Shown: positions 50,147 through 60,058 of the stretch, in pieces | How positions within the stretch are numbered: the stretch's first letter is position 1 | How the letters are laid out: each line of letters starts with the position of its first letter | Assembly: GCA_965116925.1 (NCBI GenBank) | Contig: OZ220744.1 | Span: 4,480,001-4,544,000 of the forward strand | Direction of reading: 5' to 3' | DNA length: 64,000 nt | From: Candidatus Poribacteria bacterium | GTDB lineage: Bacteria; Poribacteria; WGA-4E; PCPOR2b | The notes under the pieces: model-generated | Seen by the model: the letters and a program-made list of their open reading frames with translations, nothing else | What the model was told of the DNA's origin: nothing | Databases searched by the model: none | Made by a program: the position numbers and the translations under genes

Positions 50147-51562
50147 TTAAGTCGAGGTTGAATCGAGCCAGTAGGAGTAAAAGCGTCCGTTTCGCAGGGT
50201 GAAGCGGAGACGGATAGTTTGCCCCGTAAATTGGGTGATATCCCCCTCAGTCCATGCAATCCGCGCAGCGGAGTAGTCCCCGTGAAGTCGGGCGGAGGCG
50301 GTAAGCGTATCGCCATCGGTGGAAAGCATTTCAACGCCGAGCTCGCCGTTAGGCACATCGACATTGACGAAGAGAGAATCACCGTTCAGCGCAAAGGGCT
50401 CCGTACAGATAGTGCCAACCTCCTCCCCAGCATCGAGGGAGATGAACCCGTCGCGCCGCAGGACCGCCAGACAGACTGCGCCGGTGTCGGGATGGTAGTC
50501 GTCGTACCCCGGCACTTCGCCGGAGGTGATGAAAGCGTACTGCTTGGTGCCCGTGTAGTAGAACCATAACTCATCACCGCGCACGACAGCGTTAGAGGGA
50601 CCGAGCAACCCTTGCAGGTCGTAGGCACCGCCACCCAACGTTGAGGTTTCGATGAACGGTTTGCGTTCGCCGAGACGTATCCAGTTTCTCAAATCGCGGC
50701 TACATACCATCTGGATATTGTAGAAACCGGTATAGTCTCCGTACTGCCTGACGCACTCTAGGATGTACGGAGATAGACGCAACCGATCAAAACCGGGCCA
50801 ATCGGTAGGAACTTTGCCGGTGTGATGATACATAGACGGTAACCCGATATATATCCCTTCGTACCGAAACACCCCCATATTGTAGATTTGTACGCTGTAA
50901 TGTTCGGGCGTGTTGTATTCCGTCTGTCGGAGGTTGGGATTAGAGAGACGCGCTTCGATAACGTCTCTGCCCATCTCCTGATCTACTTCGTCGGCGTGGA
51001 AAACAACCCCATAGTCATCCCAGTTTTCAAAGTCCGTGCTGGTAGCCATAGCGAGTGATCTGCCGTAGGGACCGGAACGTTTCACTGTGTGGATGAACAA
51101 ACCTTCCTGTTCGTTGTAGGAGAAGTTTCCTTCATCTGAACTCGGCACGGGGGGCACATCCAGCTTTGTCCAGTTCACGCCGTCCGGTGAAACCGCGAAA
51201 CCTGCGTTGAGGAGCGCGGCTTTGTATCGCCCCCCCGGATCCGGATCATTTGCATCGCGAACCGCCATTGGTCCCCCAATATTTGGTTCAGATCTTGGCG
51301 TCCAGTGCAGCCCGTCCGCACTGACGCGGTAACTCTCGTCCGTCCCGATAACCCAAAACTTGTAGACTTCTTCCTCTGGATCCCAAGCCGGTGCGGTGCG
51401 CGTTTGGATCGTCTGGGTCGGGTTGGCACTCCGAACCACCGCCCCCTTTTTGGAAGGTTGGTGCAGCGTCCGGGTGAGGTTCTCAAGGCGTTCAATCCCG
51501 ACATCGTCGAGAAATAGTTGCCGCTGACCGCACGGAACGTTGAATTCCGTCGTATCGTTCAT
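50147..51562 (-). CDS. Hypothetical glycoside-hydrolase-like beta-propeller protein
   Basis: QLFLDD N-terminus, Asp-box-like S.DG..W repeats, LRRDGFISL, C-terminal beta-sandwich. Confidence 0.65.
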   Translation of the reverse strand: MNDTTEFNVPCGQRQLFLDDVGIERLENLTRTLHQPSKKGAVVRSANPTQTIQTRTAPAWDPEEEVYKFWVIGTDESYRVSADGLHWTPRSEPNIGGPMAVRDANDPDPGGRYKAALLNAGFAVSPDGVNWTKLDVPPVPSSDEGNFSYNEQEGLFIHTVKRSGPYGRSLAMATSTDFENWDDYGVVFHADEVDQEMGRDVIEARLSNPNLRQTEYNTPEHYSVQIYNMGVFRYEGIYIGLPSMYHHTGKVPTDWPGFDRLRLSPYILECVRQYGDYTGFYNIQMVCSRDLRNWIRLGERKPFIETSTLGGGAYDLQGLLGPSNAVVRGDELWFYYTGTKQYAFITSGEVPGYDDYHPDTGAVCLAVLRRDGFISLDAGEEVGTICTEPFALNGDSLFVNVDVPNGELGVEMLSTDGDTLTASARLHGDYSAARIAWTEGDITQFTGQTIRLRFTLRNGRFYSYWLDSTST

Positions 51563-51613
51563 ATCAGGTTCCCTTGAGGGATTGCAAAAATGGATAAAAC
51601 TACCTTCACACAC

Positions 51614-52603
51614 CTATGACGAAGGTTCGTTAATTGCCTGCATCAGGGCGTGAATATAACCGAAGCAATACCCGAATCCGACGCCACCGGGATTTTCACC
51701 AGAGATCCCCGGCACATGGTCTGGCATCACCATATACGGATAGTCAACCTCTTTGAGGGTACGCAACGCTTTGAGCATATCTACATCACCCTCGTCCGGA
51801 AAGACCTCAACAAAATCAAGGAGACCGCCCTTGATGTTGCGGAAGTGGATGTTAAACAGCTTCTTCCGCTCGCCGAAGTAGCGGAGAATATCGTAGAGAT
51901 CTTGCCCCGGATTTTCCAGCGATTCCGACACCGTCCCAATGCAGAAATTCAACCCATGGTAAGGGCTTTCGTGCATGTGGACAAATTTCTTGAGTCCCTC
52001 GACGGTGCCCATGACTCTGGCAACGCCTCGATATAGTCGATCGCCGATGCTCGGATCCTGTGGGTGGCAGGCAAGCCGTACCTTGTACTCCTCCGCCACG
52101 GGGACAACTCGCGAAAGGAAATAGTCGATTCGCTCCCACATCTCGTCCGCATCGGCGGGTCCGTCTTCAAACTCGTCCAATGTTTGGTCGAGTTTGTGGT
52201 ATTCAAACGACGACAGGCTTGCGCCGCCCCGTCCAAACCGCCTTCCTGTTCGTAGATGACCAAGAATTGTGATATTGTACCGCCCGGCTGGAATGCCCGC
52301 TCGCGACATATTGCGGAGCAGGTCGCAGATCTGGTCAATCTCCCGATCCCGTTCTGGACTGGGACCGAGGAAAACATGAGGTGCGCCTTGTGTTCTCGCA
52401 GGTCCCGACGCTAACGGCAGAATCATCATATCGAGCGAAATGTCTAGGGAGGCTAATTTCTCCTTAAACTGCGATAGAACGTCCACATCCCAATCCAGCC
52501 AGTTGCCGGGTGGATTGGCTGAAACATGATTAACACCTAACTGGGGAAGCACCTTGTAGGCGTCCCAGTTATCTCCTGAAAGATTTTGTGTGCCAACGTG
52601 CAT
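51614..52603 (-). CDS. UxuA-like mannonate dehydratase family protein
   Basis: VVPVAEEYKVRLACHPQDP, GLNFCIG, HFRN, FPDEGD, MPDHVP. Confidence 0.85.
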   Translation of the reverse strand: MHVGTQNLSGDNWDAYKVLPQLGVNHVSANPPGNWLDWDVDVLSQFKEKLASLDISLDMMILPLASGPARTQGAPHVFLGPSPERDREIDQICDLLRNMSRAGIPAGRYNITILGHLRTGRRFGRGGASLSSFEYHKLDQTLDEFEDGPADADEMWERIDYFLSRVVPVAEEYKVRLACHPQDPSIGDRLYRGVARVMGTVEGLKKFVHMHESPYHGLNFCIGTVSESLENPGQDLYDILRYFGERKKLFNIHFRNIKGGLLDFVEVFPDEGDVDMLKALRTLKEVDYPYMVMPDHVPGISGENPGGVGFGYCFGYIHALMQAINEPSS

Positions 52604-52644
52604 TTTGAGCTCCTTTGGTTAGTGCGTGAAACGTGAAAGCTATT

Positions 52645-53847
52645 TTAGGGACGTGTTGGGCTGCCATCTGGCAGGCGGGTCTGTGTCCACCACTCAACCT
52701 GATCTTCGCATGGATATTTCGCTGCGAGATCCTCGTTGATGTCGATTCCCAATCCCGGTTTGTCGCTGGGATACATGTATCCATTCCGAACTTCTGGCAG
52801 ACCGGGGAAAATCTCATACATGTGTTCAGGGAAGTTACACCATTCTTGAATCCCGAAGTTTGGTGCCCATAGGTCGAGGTGCAGGTTCGCGGCATGTCCC
52901 ACCGGCGACGTGTCGCCGGGTCCGTGCCACGCGGTGCGGACACCGTACATGTTGGCAAATGCTGCGACATGACGTGCAGGTGTCAGCCCACCCATCTGGC
53001 TGACATGCATCCGGATAAAGTCGATTAGACGACCGGCGATTAGCGGTTGCCATTCGCGGGGATTGTTGAACAGTTCACCCATCGCGATTGGGGTACAACA
53101 CTGTTGGCGCATGTTAGCGAACCATTCCAGATCCTCTGGGGCAAGCGGGTCTTCGAGAAAGAAGAGATTGAACGGCTCAACATCCTTAGCGAATTTGACT
53201 GCGTCGATGGGGTGCAGTCGCTCATGAATATCGTGTAAGAGTTCAGCTTCATCCCCCACTTCAGCTCGGACATGCTCAATCATCCGCAATATATTCAGCG
53301 TGTATTCCCGTGGATCGAAGTATGCCCCGTCAGGCGCGCCTTCCGGTTTAACGATTCGGCTTGCCTCGCCACCGTAGCCGCCCATCTGAATCCGAATGTA
53401 GCGGTAGCCGTTTTCCATGAATTGCCGGACGCTATCAGCGACGGCTTCGGGCGAATTGCCTCCCGCATGTCCATAGACCGCAGCGGCTTCACGGCATTTA
53501 CCACCGAGAAGCTCATAAACCGGCATCCCTGCCTGTTTACCTTTGATATCCCATAATGCTTGGTCAGCACCAGAGATTGCGTTGCTTAAAACGGGCCCGT
53601 TACGCCAATAGCTATGCACCATCCCCATCTGCCAGATCTCCTCGATGCGGGAGACATCGCGTCCGATCAGGAAGGGTTTCAGGTGTTTTTCCATCGCGGT
53701 GACGACGGCGTGGAACCGCTGCGTAAAGGTCGCGCAGCCCAAGCCGTATAACCCCGGCTCCGAGGTGATAATTTTGACGATAACCAGCCGTGAGCCAGCC
53801 GGTTGCGTTGTGATTGTCTGCACATCTTTAATCGTTACTGTAGCCAT
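52645..53847 (-). CDS. ManD/RspA-subgroup enolase-superfamily dehydratase
   Basis: YWRNGPV, LLHDIHER, FFLEDP, AMGE, AWHGPGD, IQE. Confidence 0.92.
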   Translation of the reverse strand: MATVTIKDVQTITTQPAGSRLVIVKIITSEPGLYGLGCATFTQRFHAVVTAMEKHLKPFLIGRDVSRIEEIWQMGMVHSYWRNGPVLSNAISGADQALWDIKGKQAGMPVYELLGGKCREAAAVYGHAGGNSPEAVADSVRQFMENGYRYIRIQMGGYGGEASRIVKPEGAPDGAYFDPREYTLNILRMIEHVRAEVGDEAELLHDIHERLHPIDAVKFAKDVEPFNLFFLEDPLAPEDLEWFANMRQQCCTPIAMGELFNNPREWQPLIAGRLIDFIRMHVSQMGGLTPARHVAAFANMYGVRTAWHGPGDTSPVGHAANLHLDLWAPNFGIQEWCNFPEHMYEIFPGLPEVRNGYMYPSDKPGLGIDINEDLAAKYPCEDQVEWWTQTRLPDGSPTRP

Positions 53848-54049
53848 TTAAGTCCCTTCTCCCCACTTGGGGATGAATGTGGTAAGGAACGCAGATCTGC
53901 GTTCCCTACATATATCTAGCGGGTCCCTTTATGAGGATATGATTTTTTTTCTGTTGCTCTAGTTAGATAGATTTGCTAAAATCCTTTCAACCCTGAACGA
54001 TAACATTACACCAAGAACGATAACACTACACCAAAGAAAGGAATGAAAT

Positions 54050-55114
54050 ATGTTGAGAATCCAATCGCTTCAACTCAAACATTTCTGTTTTGCCTTTGTT
54101 CTAATAGTCGGTCTTGCTGCCCCTGTAACAGGAATGGCTGATGATCACTCGTCAATGTCGATCGGGGATGCAGACATCGTTTCCCCAGACGCCAAACTGG
54201 AGGTATTGTTCAGCGATGCGTTCTTCACAGAGGGAGCCGCTGTGGCACCGGATGGCAGTGTCTATTTCAGTGACATTACCTTTACGCATGGGTCAGACAT
54301 GCAGGCGGGACACATCTGGAGATATGATCCCAAGGCCGGAACGGCTTCCGTCTATCGCTCACCGAGCGGGATGTCCAACGGCATCAAGTTTGACGCCCAA
54401 GGGCGGATGATTGTCGCCGAAGGCGCGGACTTCGGTGGACGCCGCGTCACTCGGACGGATATGACGACAGGTAAAAGTGAGATCATCGCCGGCCTGTATG
54501 AGGGGAGACCATTTAATGCGCCCAACGACATTACCATTGATGAAAAAGGGCGAATCTATTTCAGCGACCCCCGGTATCTTGGGCATGAGCCGATAGATCA
54601 GCCAATCATGGCGGTATACCGAATTGATCCCGATGGCTCGATTCACCGCATTATCACCGATGCGGGCAAGCCGAACGGTGTGGCAGTATCTCCCGACCAA
54701 AAGTCCATATACGTGGTCAGCAATGACAACGGAATGACCGGCATTGGTCGAATACCTGAAGAGACACCGCTTCATAGAGGGCGTATGGCGTTGCTGGCGT
54801 ACGATTTAGCGGAGGACGGGACTGCCACGTTTCGGAAAGTATTGGTTGATTACGCCCCACAAGATGGACCTGATGGACTGGTCGTCGATGTAGACGGAAA
54901 CCTTTATGTCGCCGTGCGCGATACCACTCGACCGGGGATCGTTGTCTACTCCCCTGAAGGGGAGGAACTAGCGTATATCCCAACGACGCCGGAACTCCCG
55001 ACCAATGTTGCATTTGGTCGCGGGGACGAGAGCAAAACCCTATATGTTACATCGGGGAACAGTCTCTACCAGATCAAGGTGATGAAAGACGGTTATCATT
55101 TACCTTCAAAATGA
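54050..55114 (+). CDS. SMP-30/gluconolactonase family protein, secreted
   Basis: Signal peptide, FTEGA, FNAPND, KPNG, PDG, PTNVAFG. Confidence 0.92.
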   Translation: MLRIQSLQLKHFCFAFVLIVGLAAPVTGMADDHSSMSIGDADIVSPDAKLEVLFSDAFFTEGAAVAPDGSVYFSDITFTHGSDMQAGHIWRYDPKAGTASVYRSPSGMSNGIKFDAQGRMIVAEGADFGGRRVTRTDMTTGKSEIIAGLYEGRPFNAPNDITIDEKGRIYFSDPRYLGHEPIDQPIMAVYRIDPDGSIHRIITDAGKPNGVAVSPDQKSIYVVSNDNGMTGIGRIPEETPLHRGRMALLAYDLAEDGTATFRKVLVDYAPQDGPDGLVVDVDGNLYVAVRDTTRPGIVVYSPEGEELAYIPTTPELPTNVAFGRGDESKTLYVTSGNSLYQIKVMKDGYHLPSK

Positions 55115-55251
55115 AACGTGAAACGCGATGCGTAAAACGTATTTTCACCGCAGAGACGCAGAGAACACAGAGAAAAACAGGAAAAAAACTCTGCGTCTCT
55201 GTGGTCGGTTTTCTCGTTTTCCCGTTCTCTCGTTTTCTCCCTTTCACGCGA

Positions 55252-56751
55252 CTATCCTGCCCCAAACAACTTCCCGATCAACCCCCAGCCGCTAATTCCT
55301 GCGAAAACAATCAGAATCGCTGCTGACACGATCGCGCCGAGCAACATTGGCCACCGTGTTCGATAAACAGCGGGCAGTTTGAAATTCAAATATAGCGCAC
55401 CAAGCATCATCAGGGCGATTGATAGATTTGCCAAAATAAATCCAGCGATCTGCGTGAGGATGTCGAACGGAATATTGAGCCAAACGATGACAAACGTGGT
55501 TATGAAGATATAGACACACACCCAGCGTCGAATTTTATCATAATTCCACTCCCGGTTGGGCCAAATTGCTTGGAAAAATTCCTGTGACACGCGGGCGTAG
55601 ATTTCAGGCAGCGCCTGCAAAGTCCCCCAAAGTGCCGCGATAATACAGATGTAATAGACCCAGATTAACGAGCCGTGGATATTGCTCCAGACATGGCGTT
55701 GTTCGGTGAGCAGGCTCCAGCCCTTAAACTCACTCTGGAGTGGGTAGAGAACAGCGGCACCGGACAACATGAATGCTCCCGTTACAATGAACAGAACGAC
55801 TGCTCCCATGCCAACGTCCCAGCGCAATGGTGCGACAATTTTCCGCAAGCGGGACACCTGCTCCGGGTCATCGGGCAGGTAGTCAATCTTATCGTGTGTG
55901 AAAGCGTGTCGTTGAATCGCTTCAATTTTTTGATGACCAGTCATCCCCCACCGGTGGAGTCCAACCCAGTTGGCATAGACAATGTATCCCATCACCGAAC
56001 CGCCCACGTAGGCAAATGCTGTTGCCATCGTTAGGAGTGGATTTTCAACGGCATCTTGCGGTGCCCATTCGGGAAACTCCGGCAGTCTTCCAAAGCTGAG
56101 ACTTCCGATAAACGCTCTTCCCAAATCTGGACGCACCATCAGGGTTCCGATAATGGTTCCCACAACGAGAATGGTGCAAATGATGAGTTGCTGTTTCTCC
56201 AATCGTTCAAATGAGAGCCGTAAGCCAAACGCGAGAGCCAAGCCGATGAAGCCGCACGTGATGATGTTTTCATAGGTCACCTCCGAGAGAGACGCTGGCA
56301 ACATACCACTGATGAAATAATGGAACAGATCTCCGCACGGCTTCGCAATAGGCACCCAAGCGAGCGGGGCCCCAATCATCTCCATCAACACGATTGCAAT
56401 CAGTAACCAGCCGCGTGGTCCCGGCAGCCGCACAAGCCGATGCCCGATATATTCTCCACTAACCGCTGTGTAGCGTCCGAGCAGGTAGGTGACGAAGACT
56501 CCCTTGACGACGCAGCTTAAAAGCACAAGCCATAATAGTCCATAGCGTGCCCACGCCCCTGCCCTGACAACGACAATAGTTTCACCTGCGCCGATACTGA
56601 CCGATGCCACGATCGCGGCGGGTCCAAAAACGGCGAGCAAGCCGAACACTTTGTTCATTGACCACGGTTGAGCGAACACGCCGCTGACAGGTGGCACTTC
56701 AACTTTGCCGATATCTTCCTCGGTCTCTTGAACAGTTTCTCTATTGTCCAT
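55252..56751 (-). CDS. Nramp/APC-superfamily transporter
   Basis: FGPAAIVASVSIGAGE, GAWARYGLLW; ~11 TM helices. Confidence 0.75.
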   Translation of the reverse strand: MDNRETVQETEEDIGKVEVPPVSGVFAQPWSMNKVFGLLAVFGPAAIVASVSIGAGETIVVVRAGAWARYGLLWLVLLSCVVKGVFVTYLLGRYTAVSGEYIGHRLVRLPGPRGWLLIAIVLMEMIGAPLAWVPIAKPCGDLFHYFISGMLPASLSEVTYENIITCGFIGLALAFGLRLSFERLEKQQLIICTILVVGTIIGTLMVRPDLGRAFIGSLSFGRLPEFPEWAPQDAVENPLLTMATAFAYVGGSVMGYIVYANWVGLHRWGMTGHQKIEAIQRHAFTHDKIDYLPDDPEQVSRLRKIVAPLRWDVGMGAVVLFIVTGAFMLSGAAVLYPLQSEFKGWSLLTEQRHVWSNIHGSLIWVYYICIIAALWGTLQALPEIYARVSQEFFQAIWPNREWNYDKIRRWVCVYIFITTFVIVWLNIPFDILTQIAGFILANLSIALMMLGALYLNFKLPAVYRTRWPMLLGAIVSAAILIVFAGISGWGLIGKLFGAG

Positions 56752-57040
56752 GTCCTGCCTTTCATTTCAAAGGCAAATCTCCTACTTCCTTCTTTTATGT
56801 ATGTAGAGGAAATCTGCTTTGGGATTTTGAAAAAATGCTGTTGGCTATATTAGCATACATCCGAAACCTTGTCTATCAAAAAAGAGTGTCAAATCCTATA
56901 TTCACAGGAGTAAGTTTTAGTGTCGATTTTGGGTGCAATTTATGCTAAAATAGGGTTGCTTGAGCATATCCGAGTGAAGGGTCTCTCCTTGATGACACTT
57001 TCGGAGGATGCTAAACAGATATGCGGCACATATTAAAGAC

Positions 57041-57159
57041 AGGGCTTACGCAAATTTAGCACACAAGGGGTAGATTTTTGATTTTTAACCCCCAAAATCC
57101 CCCTTGTCAGGGGGATTTTGGAAAATCAGGGGGACTTATGAACGCGCTGCGTAAGCCCT
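57041..57159. mobile_element. MITE family B
   Basis: Perfect 12-bp TIR AGGGCTTACGCA/TGCGTAAGCCCT; interior similar to 23466-23569. Confidence 0.75.
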
Positions 57160-57195
57160 AAAAGGAATGAAAATTACGCAAATAGGAGAAAATTT

Positions 57196-58293
57196 ATGAA
57201 CTATCCTACTTATGAATCGATCGGTGTGCGACCGTTGATCAATTGTCGTGGTACTTATACAATTATAAGCGGTTCAGTCATTCTACCCGAAGTCCGCGAA
57301 GCGATGGTCTTCGCTTCACAACGCTATGTCAATCTCGACGAACTGATGGAGTGTGTAGGCGCACGAATTGCTGAGTTGATGAATTGTGAGTGGGGATTGG
57401 TCACCGATGGTTGTGCTGCGGCACTGTGTCAAGTCACAGCGGCTTGTGTGGCTGGAAGCGACCCTGAGAAGATGATTCGACTCCCTGATACCTCCGGAAT
57501 GAAAAACGAGGTTATCGTCCAAACTTGCCATCGGAATGTCTACGATCATGCCATACGTATGGTCGGGGTCAAGATGATTGAGGTTGACACGAAAGACGAA
57601 CTCAAAGCTGCCCTCAATGACCGGACTGCGATGCTCTTCGTTTTCGGAGATGCCGAGGAACGAGGAGGGATAACGACGAAGGAGATGGCAGAAATTGGTC
57701 ACGCACATGGCGTTCCGACCTTTGTAGACGCGGCAGCAGAGAGACCCGATGTGCCCAACTGGTATCTTGAGCAGGGTGCTGATGCCGTTGCCTATAGCGG
57801 TGGCAAATGTCTTCGAGGTCCCCAAGCCTCTGGCTTGGTTCTAGGACGCAAAGACTTACTCCAGGCAGCTTTTCTCAATGGTGCTCCCCATCACGCCTTG
57901 GCGCGTCCGATGAAGGCAGGTAAAGAGGAAATTATGGGACTCTTAGCAGCGGTGGAGCAGTGGGTCGCAAGAGACCATAAGACGGAGTGGAAAGAGTGGG
58001 AGCGACGATTGGGGGTTATCACTGCAGCTGTGAAAGATATTGACACTGTGACCACTTCAATCCGTGAACCGGGTAGATCGAATGTCGCACCGGTGCTTGA
58101 GATTAACTGGGAGGCTGCGACAGTTGGCATGAACGGTACAGAGGTTGGGGATCAGTTGTCGGCAGGGGAACCACGCATCGAACTCCACAACAATGAGAAC
58201 GGTATTTCTATCATGCCCTACATGATGGAAGAGGGCGAAGACGAAATTGTGGCGGCACGGATCCGTGAAGTGCTCAATTCGTCGCAGAAGTAA
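57196..58293 (+). CDS. SelA-like/DgaE-like PLP-dependent enzyme
   Basis: INCRGTYT, VDAAAE, YSGGK (PLP Lys), RPMKAGKEE. Confidence 0.88.
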   Translation: MNYPTYESIGVRPLINCRGTYTIISGSVILPEVREAMVFASQRYVNLDELMECVGARIAELMNCEWGLVTDGCAAALCQVTAACVAGSDPEKMIRLPDTSGMKNEVIVQTCHRNVYDHAIRMVGVKMIEVDTKDELKAALNDRTAMLFVFGDAEERGGITTKEMAEIGHAHGVPTFVDAAAERPDVPNWYLEQGADAVAYSGGKCLRGPQASGLVLGRKDLLQAAFLNGAPHHALARPMKAGKEEIMGLLAAVEQWVARDHKTEWKEWERRLGVITAAVKDIDTVTTSIREPGRSNVAPVLEINWEAATVGMNGTEVGDQLSAGEPRIELHNNENGISIMPYMMEEGEDEIVAARIREVLNSSQK

Positions 58294-58304
58294 GGAGTAG
58301 GCTT

Positions 58305-58604
58305 ATGTATGATTTGAATGGTGAGTGGGACATGCGGATTCAATTCCTTTCGGGAGAGACGCAGCACAGTCTACGATTCGAGCAGGATGGTGATATGTTA
58401 AGTGGAACTTACCGCTCTCAATACGGTACTGAGCCGTTACAGGGAAATGTACGGGGAAATGTCGTGCAGATACAGACAGATATTCGCTATGAGGGTCAGG
58501 GTGTGGGGTATCGCTTTGAAGGCATCATCAACGGGGATAAAATTCAGGGGGACCTAGACCTCGGTGAATACTGGCAGGCGTCATGGAAGGCTAAGAAGCG
58601 ATAA
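58305..58604 (+). CDS. Small all-beta hypothetical protein
   Basis: 99 aa, LNGEW..., AAGGAG RBS, stop overlaps next start. Confidence 0.75.
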   Translation: MYDLNGEWDMRIQFLSGETQHSLRFEQDGDMLSGTYRSQYGTEPLQGNVRGNVVQIQTDIRYEGQGVGYRFEGIINGDKIQGDLDLGEYWQASWKAKKR

Positions 58605-59992
58605 TGATTGCATCGGAAATAGACTCAACGAGTGGGGCTGCTATGATTGAACATCCACAACGTTTCATCTGGTTTTGTAGCACAGAATATGTTGCCCAAC
58701 ACCCTGATTCGTTAAAAAAACTCAGGGATGAAATTGGGCTGACTACCATTATGCCCGAAAGTTCGGTTTGCCACACATCAGGATTTCGTGCGTCAGACGA
58801 AATTGTCCGGCGGGGACCGTTTGAGGATTGGCGTTCCCGCGAGGCATTGTGGCCGAAGGCAAAAGACGGCATCTACCCCCCGGTGGCCGGCACAGTAGGT
58901 GGCTTTGATGATACACCGTTGCTGCGTGTCATCGAGGCGTGCCGTGAAGCTGGTATTGAGATTTGGGGACATCTCGGCTTGTGGAGCTACGGGGGTGATG
59001 TCTATCCAGAATACGCTATGATAGATATCTTCGGCAACCCCCTCGACACGCGCTACAAGCAGTGGGGGATCGGTCTGTGCCCAAGCCGCAGGCGAATCAA
59101 CGAGTGGACTCGCGATTGTCTGGTCGACGTGATTAAACGCTATGACATAGATGGGTTTGACGTGGACCATGCACGCTATCCCGCGCCAGCCAATATATCT
59201 GGACTTTTCGCGTGTGCGTGCGAGGCGTGCCAAGAGGAGGCACTCCGACTTGGCTACGATTTTCACTCAATGAAAGAGGGACTATTCCAACTTCATCGAG
59301 CCTTGAATCATCTAACACAGGAGCGGTTGCTCACGGGTTTGGAAGTCAATCTGAATTTCTGGGATTTTCTCTCCTACATCGGTGACAATTACGCGGTGCT
59401 GGAGTGGCTAAAATTCCGTGCGGTTGTTTTGGCAGAGCGGATGCGGGAATTTCGAGATGCGGTACGGTGTGCTGCTGGATCAGAGAAGGTATTTGGTAGT
59501 GATGTATTTCCTCCCTCTATTGCGCTATTGGGTGGGCATCTCTACGCGGAGTGGGAAGCTGCGACGGATTATCTCACCGGCGGAAGTTCGTTTGGCGGCG
59601 TCGTTGGGTGGGCGACAACAGTGACCAACCTAGCAACCGAGTGGGCAGCAGCGTTATGTCAGATTGTGTCCGGCTTGAATGAGGGGATAGCACTCCAAAC
59701 CATTTATCAGATGTTTGGATATGGCGATCTCGCGCTACCGCTTTCGGTGGCGGGGATTCAGGAGGAACCTCTGCCTCTGTCGGAGATGTACACCCGTGAG
59801 GTGACAAAGCTGAAGGCATTGACCAGTGGCAAGAGACCTCTCTATCCGCCGGTGTCTGCTTCTGGCGATCCGCAATTGGTGCGGGAGCTCTGCACCGCAG
59901 TTGTCGACCATCAATGCGATGGTGCCCTGTTTACGCTGAATCCGGAGGGAGATGAGAACCTCAAGATAATTCGGGAGGTTTTCGGTCGATAA
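58604..59992 (+). CDS. Hypothetical TIM-barrel glycoside-hydrolase-like protein
   Basis: LCPS, YDIDGFDVDHARY, CACEAC cluster as in GH42/GHL-type barrels. Confidence 0.6.
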   Translation: MIASEIDSTSGAAMIEHPQRFIWFCSTEYVAQHPDSLKKLRDEIGLTTIMPESSVCHTSGFRASDEIVRRGPFEDWRSREALWPKAKDGIYPPVAGTVGGFDDTPLLRVIEACREAGIEIWGHLGLWSYGGDVYPEYAMIDIFGNPLDTRYKQWGIGLCPSRRRINEWTRDCLVDVIKRYDIDGFDVDHARYPAPANISGLFACACEACQEEALRLGYDFHSMKEGLFQLHRALNHLTQERLLTGLEVNLNFWDFLSYIGDNYAVLEWLKFRAVVLAERMREFRDAVRCAAGSEKVFGSDVFPPSIALLGGHLYAEWEAATDYLTGGSSFGGVVGWATTVTNLATEWAAALCQIVSGLNEGIALQTIYQMFGYGDLALPLSVAGIQEEPLPLSEMYTREVTKLKALTSGKRPLYPPVSASGDPQLVRELCTAVVDHQCDGALFTLNPEGDENLKIIREVFGR

Positions 59993-60058
59993 TGCGCTTC
60001 ACTGATAGAGGACAGTATTGCATCTAACTTTCATCTTAATCTTTGGGAGATTAGTCCA

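Noticed and set aside
57196..58293. True selenocysteine synthase selA
   Set aside because: Short, lacks the SelA N-terminal domain, and there is no selB/selC/selD nearby; fits the SelA-like family
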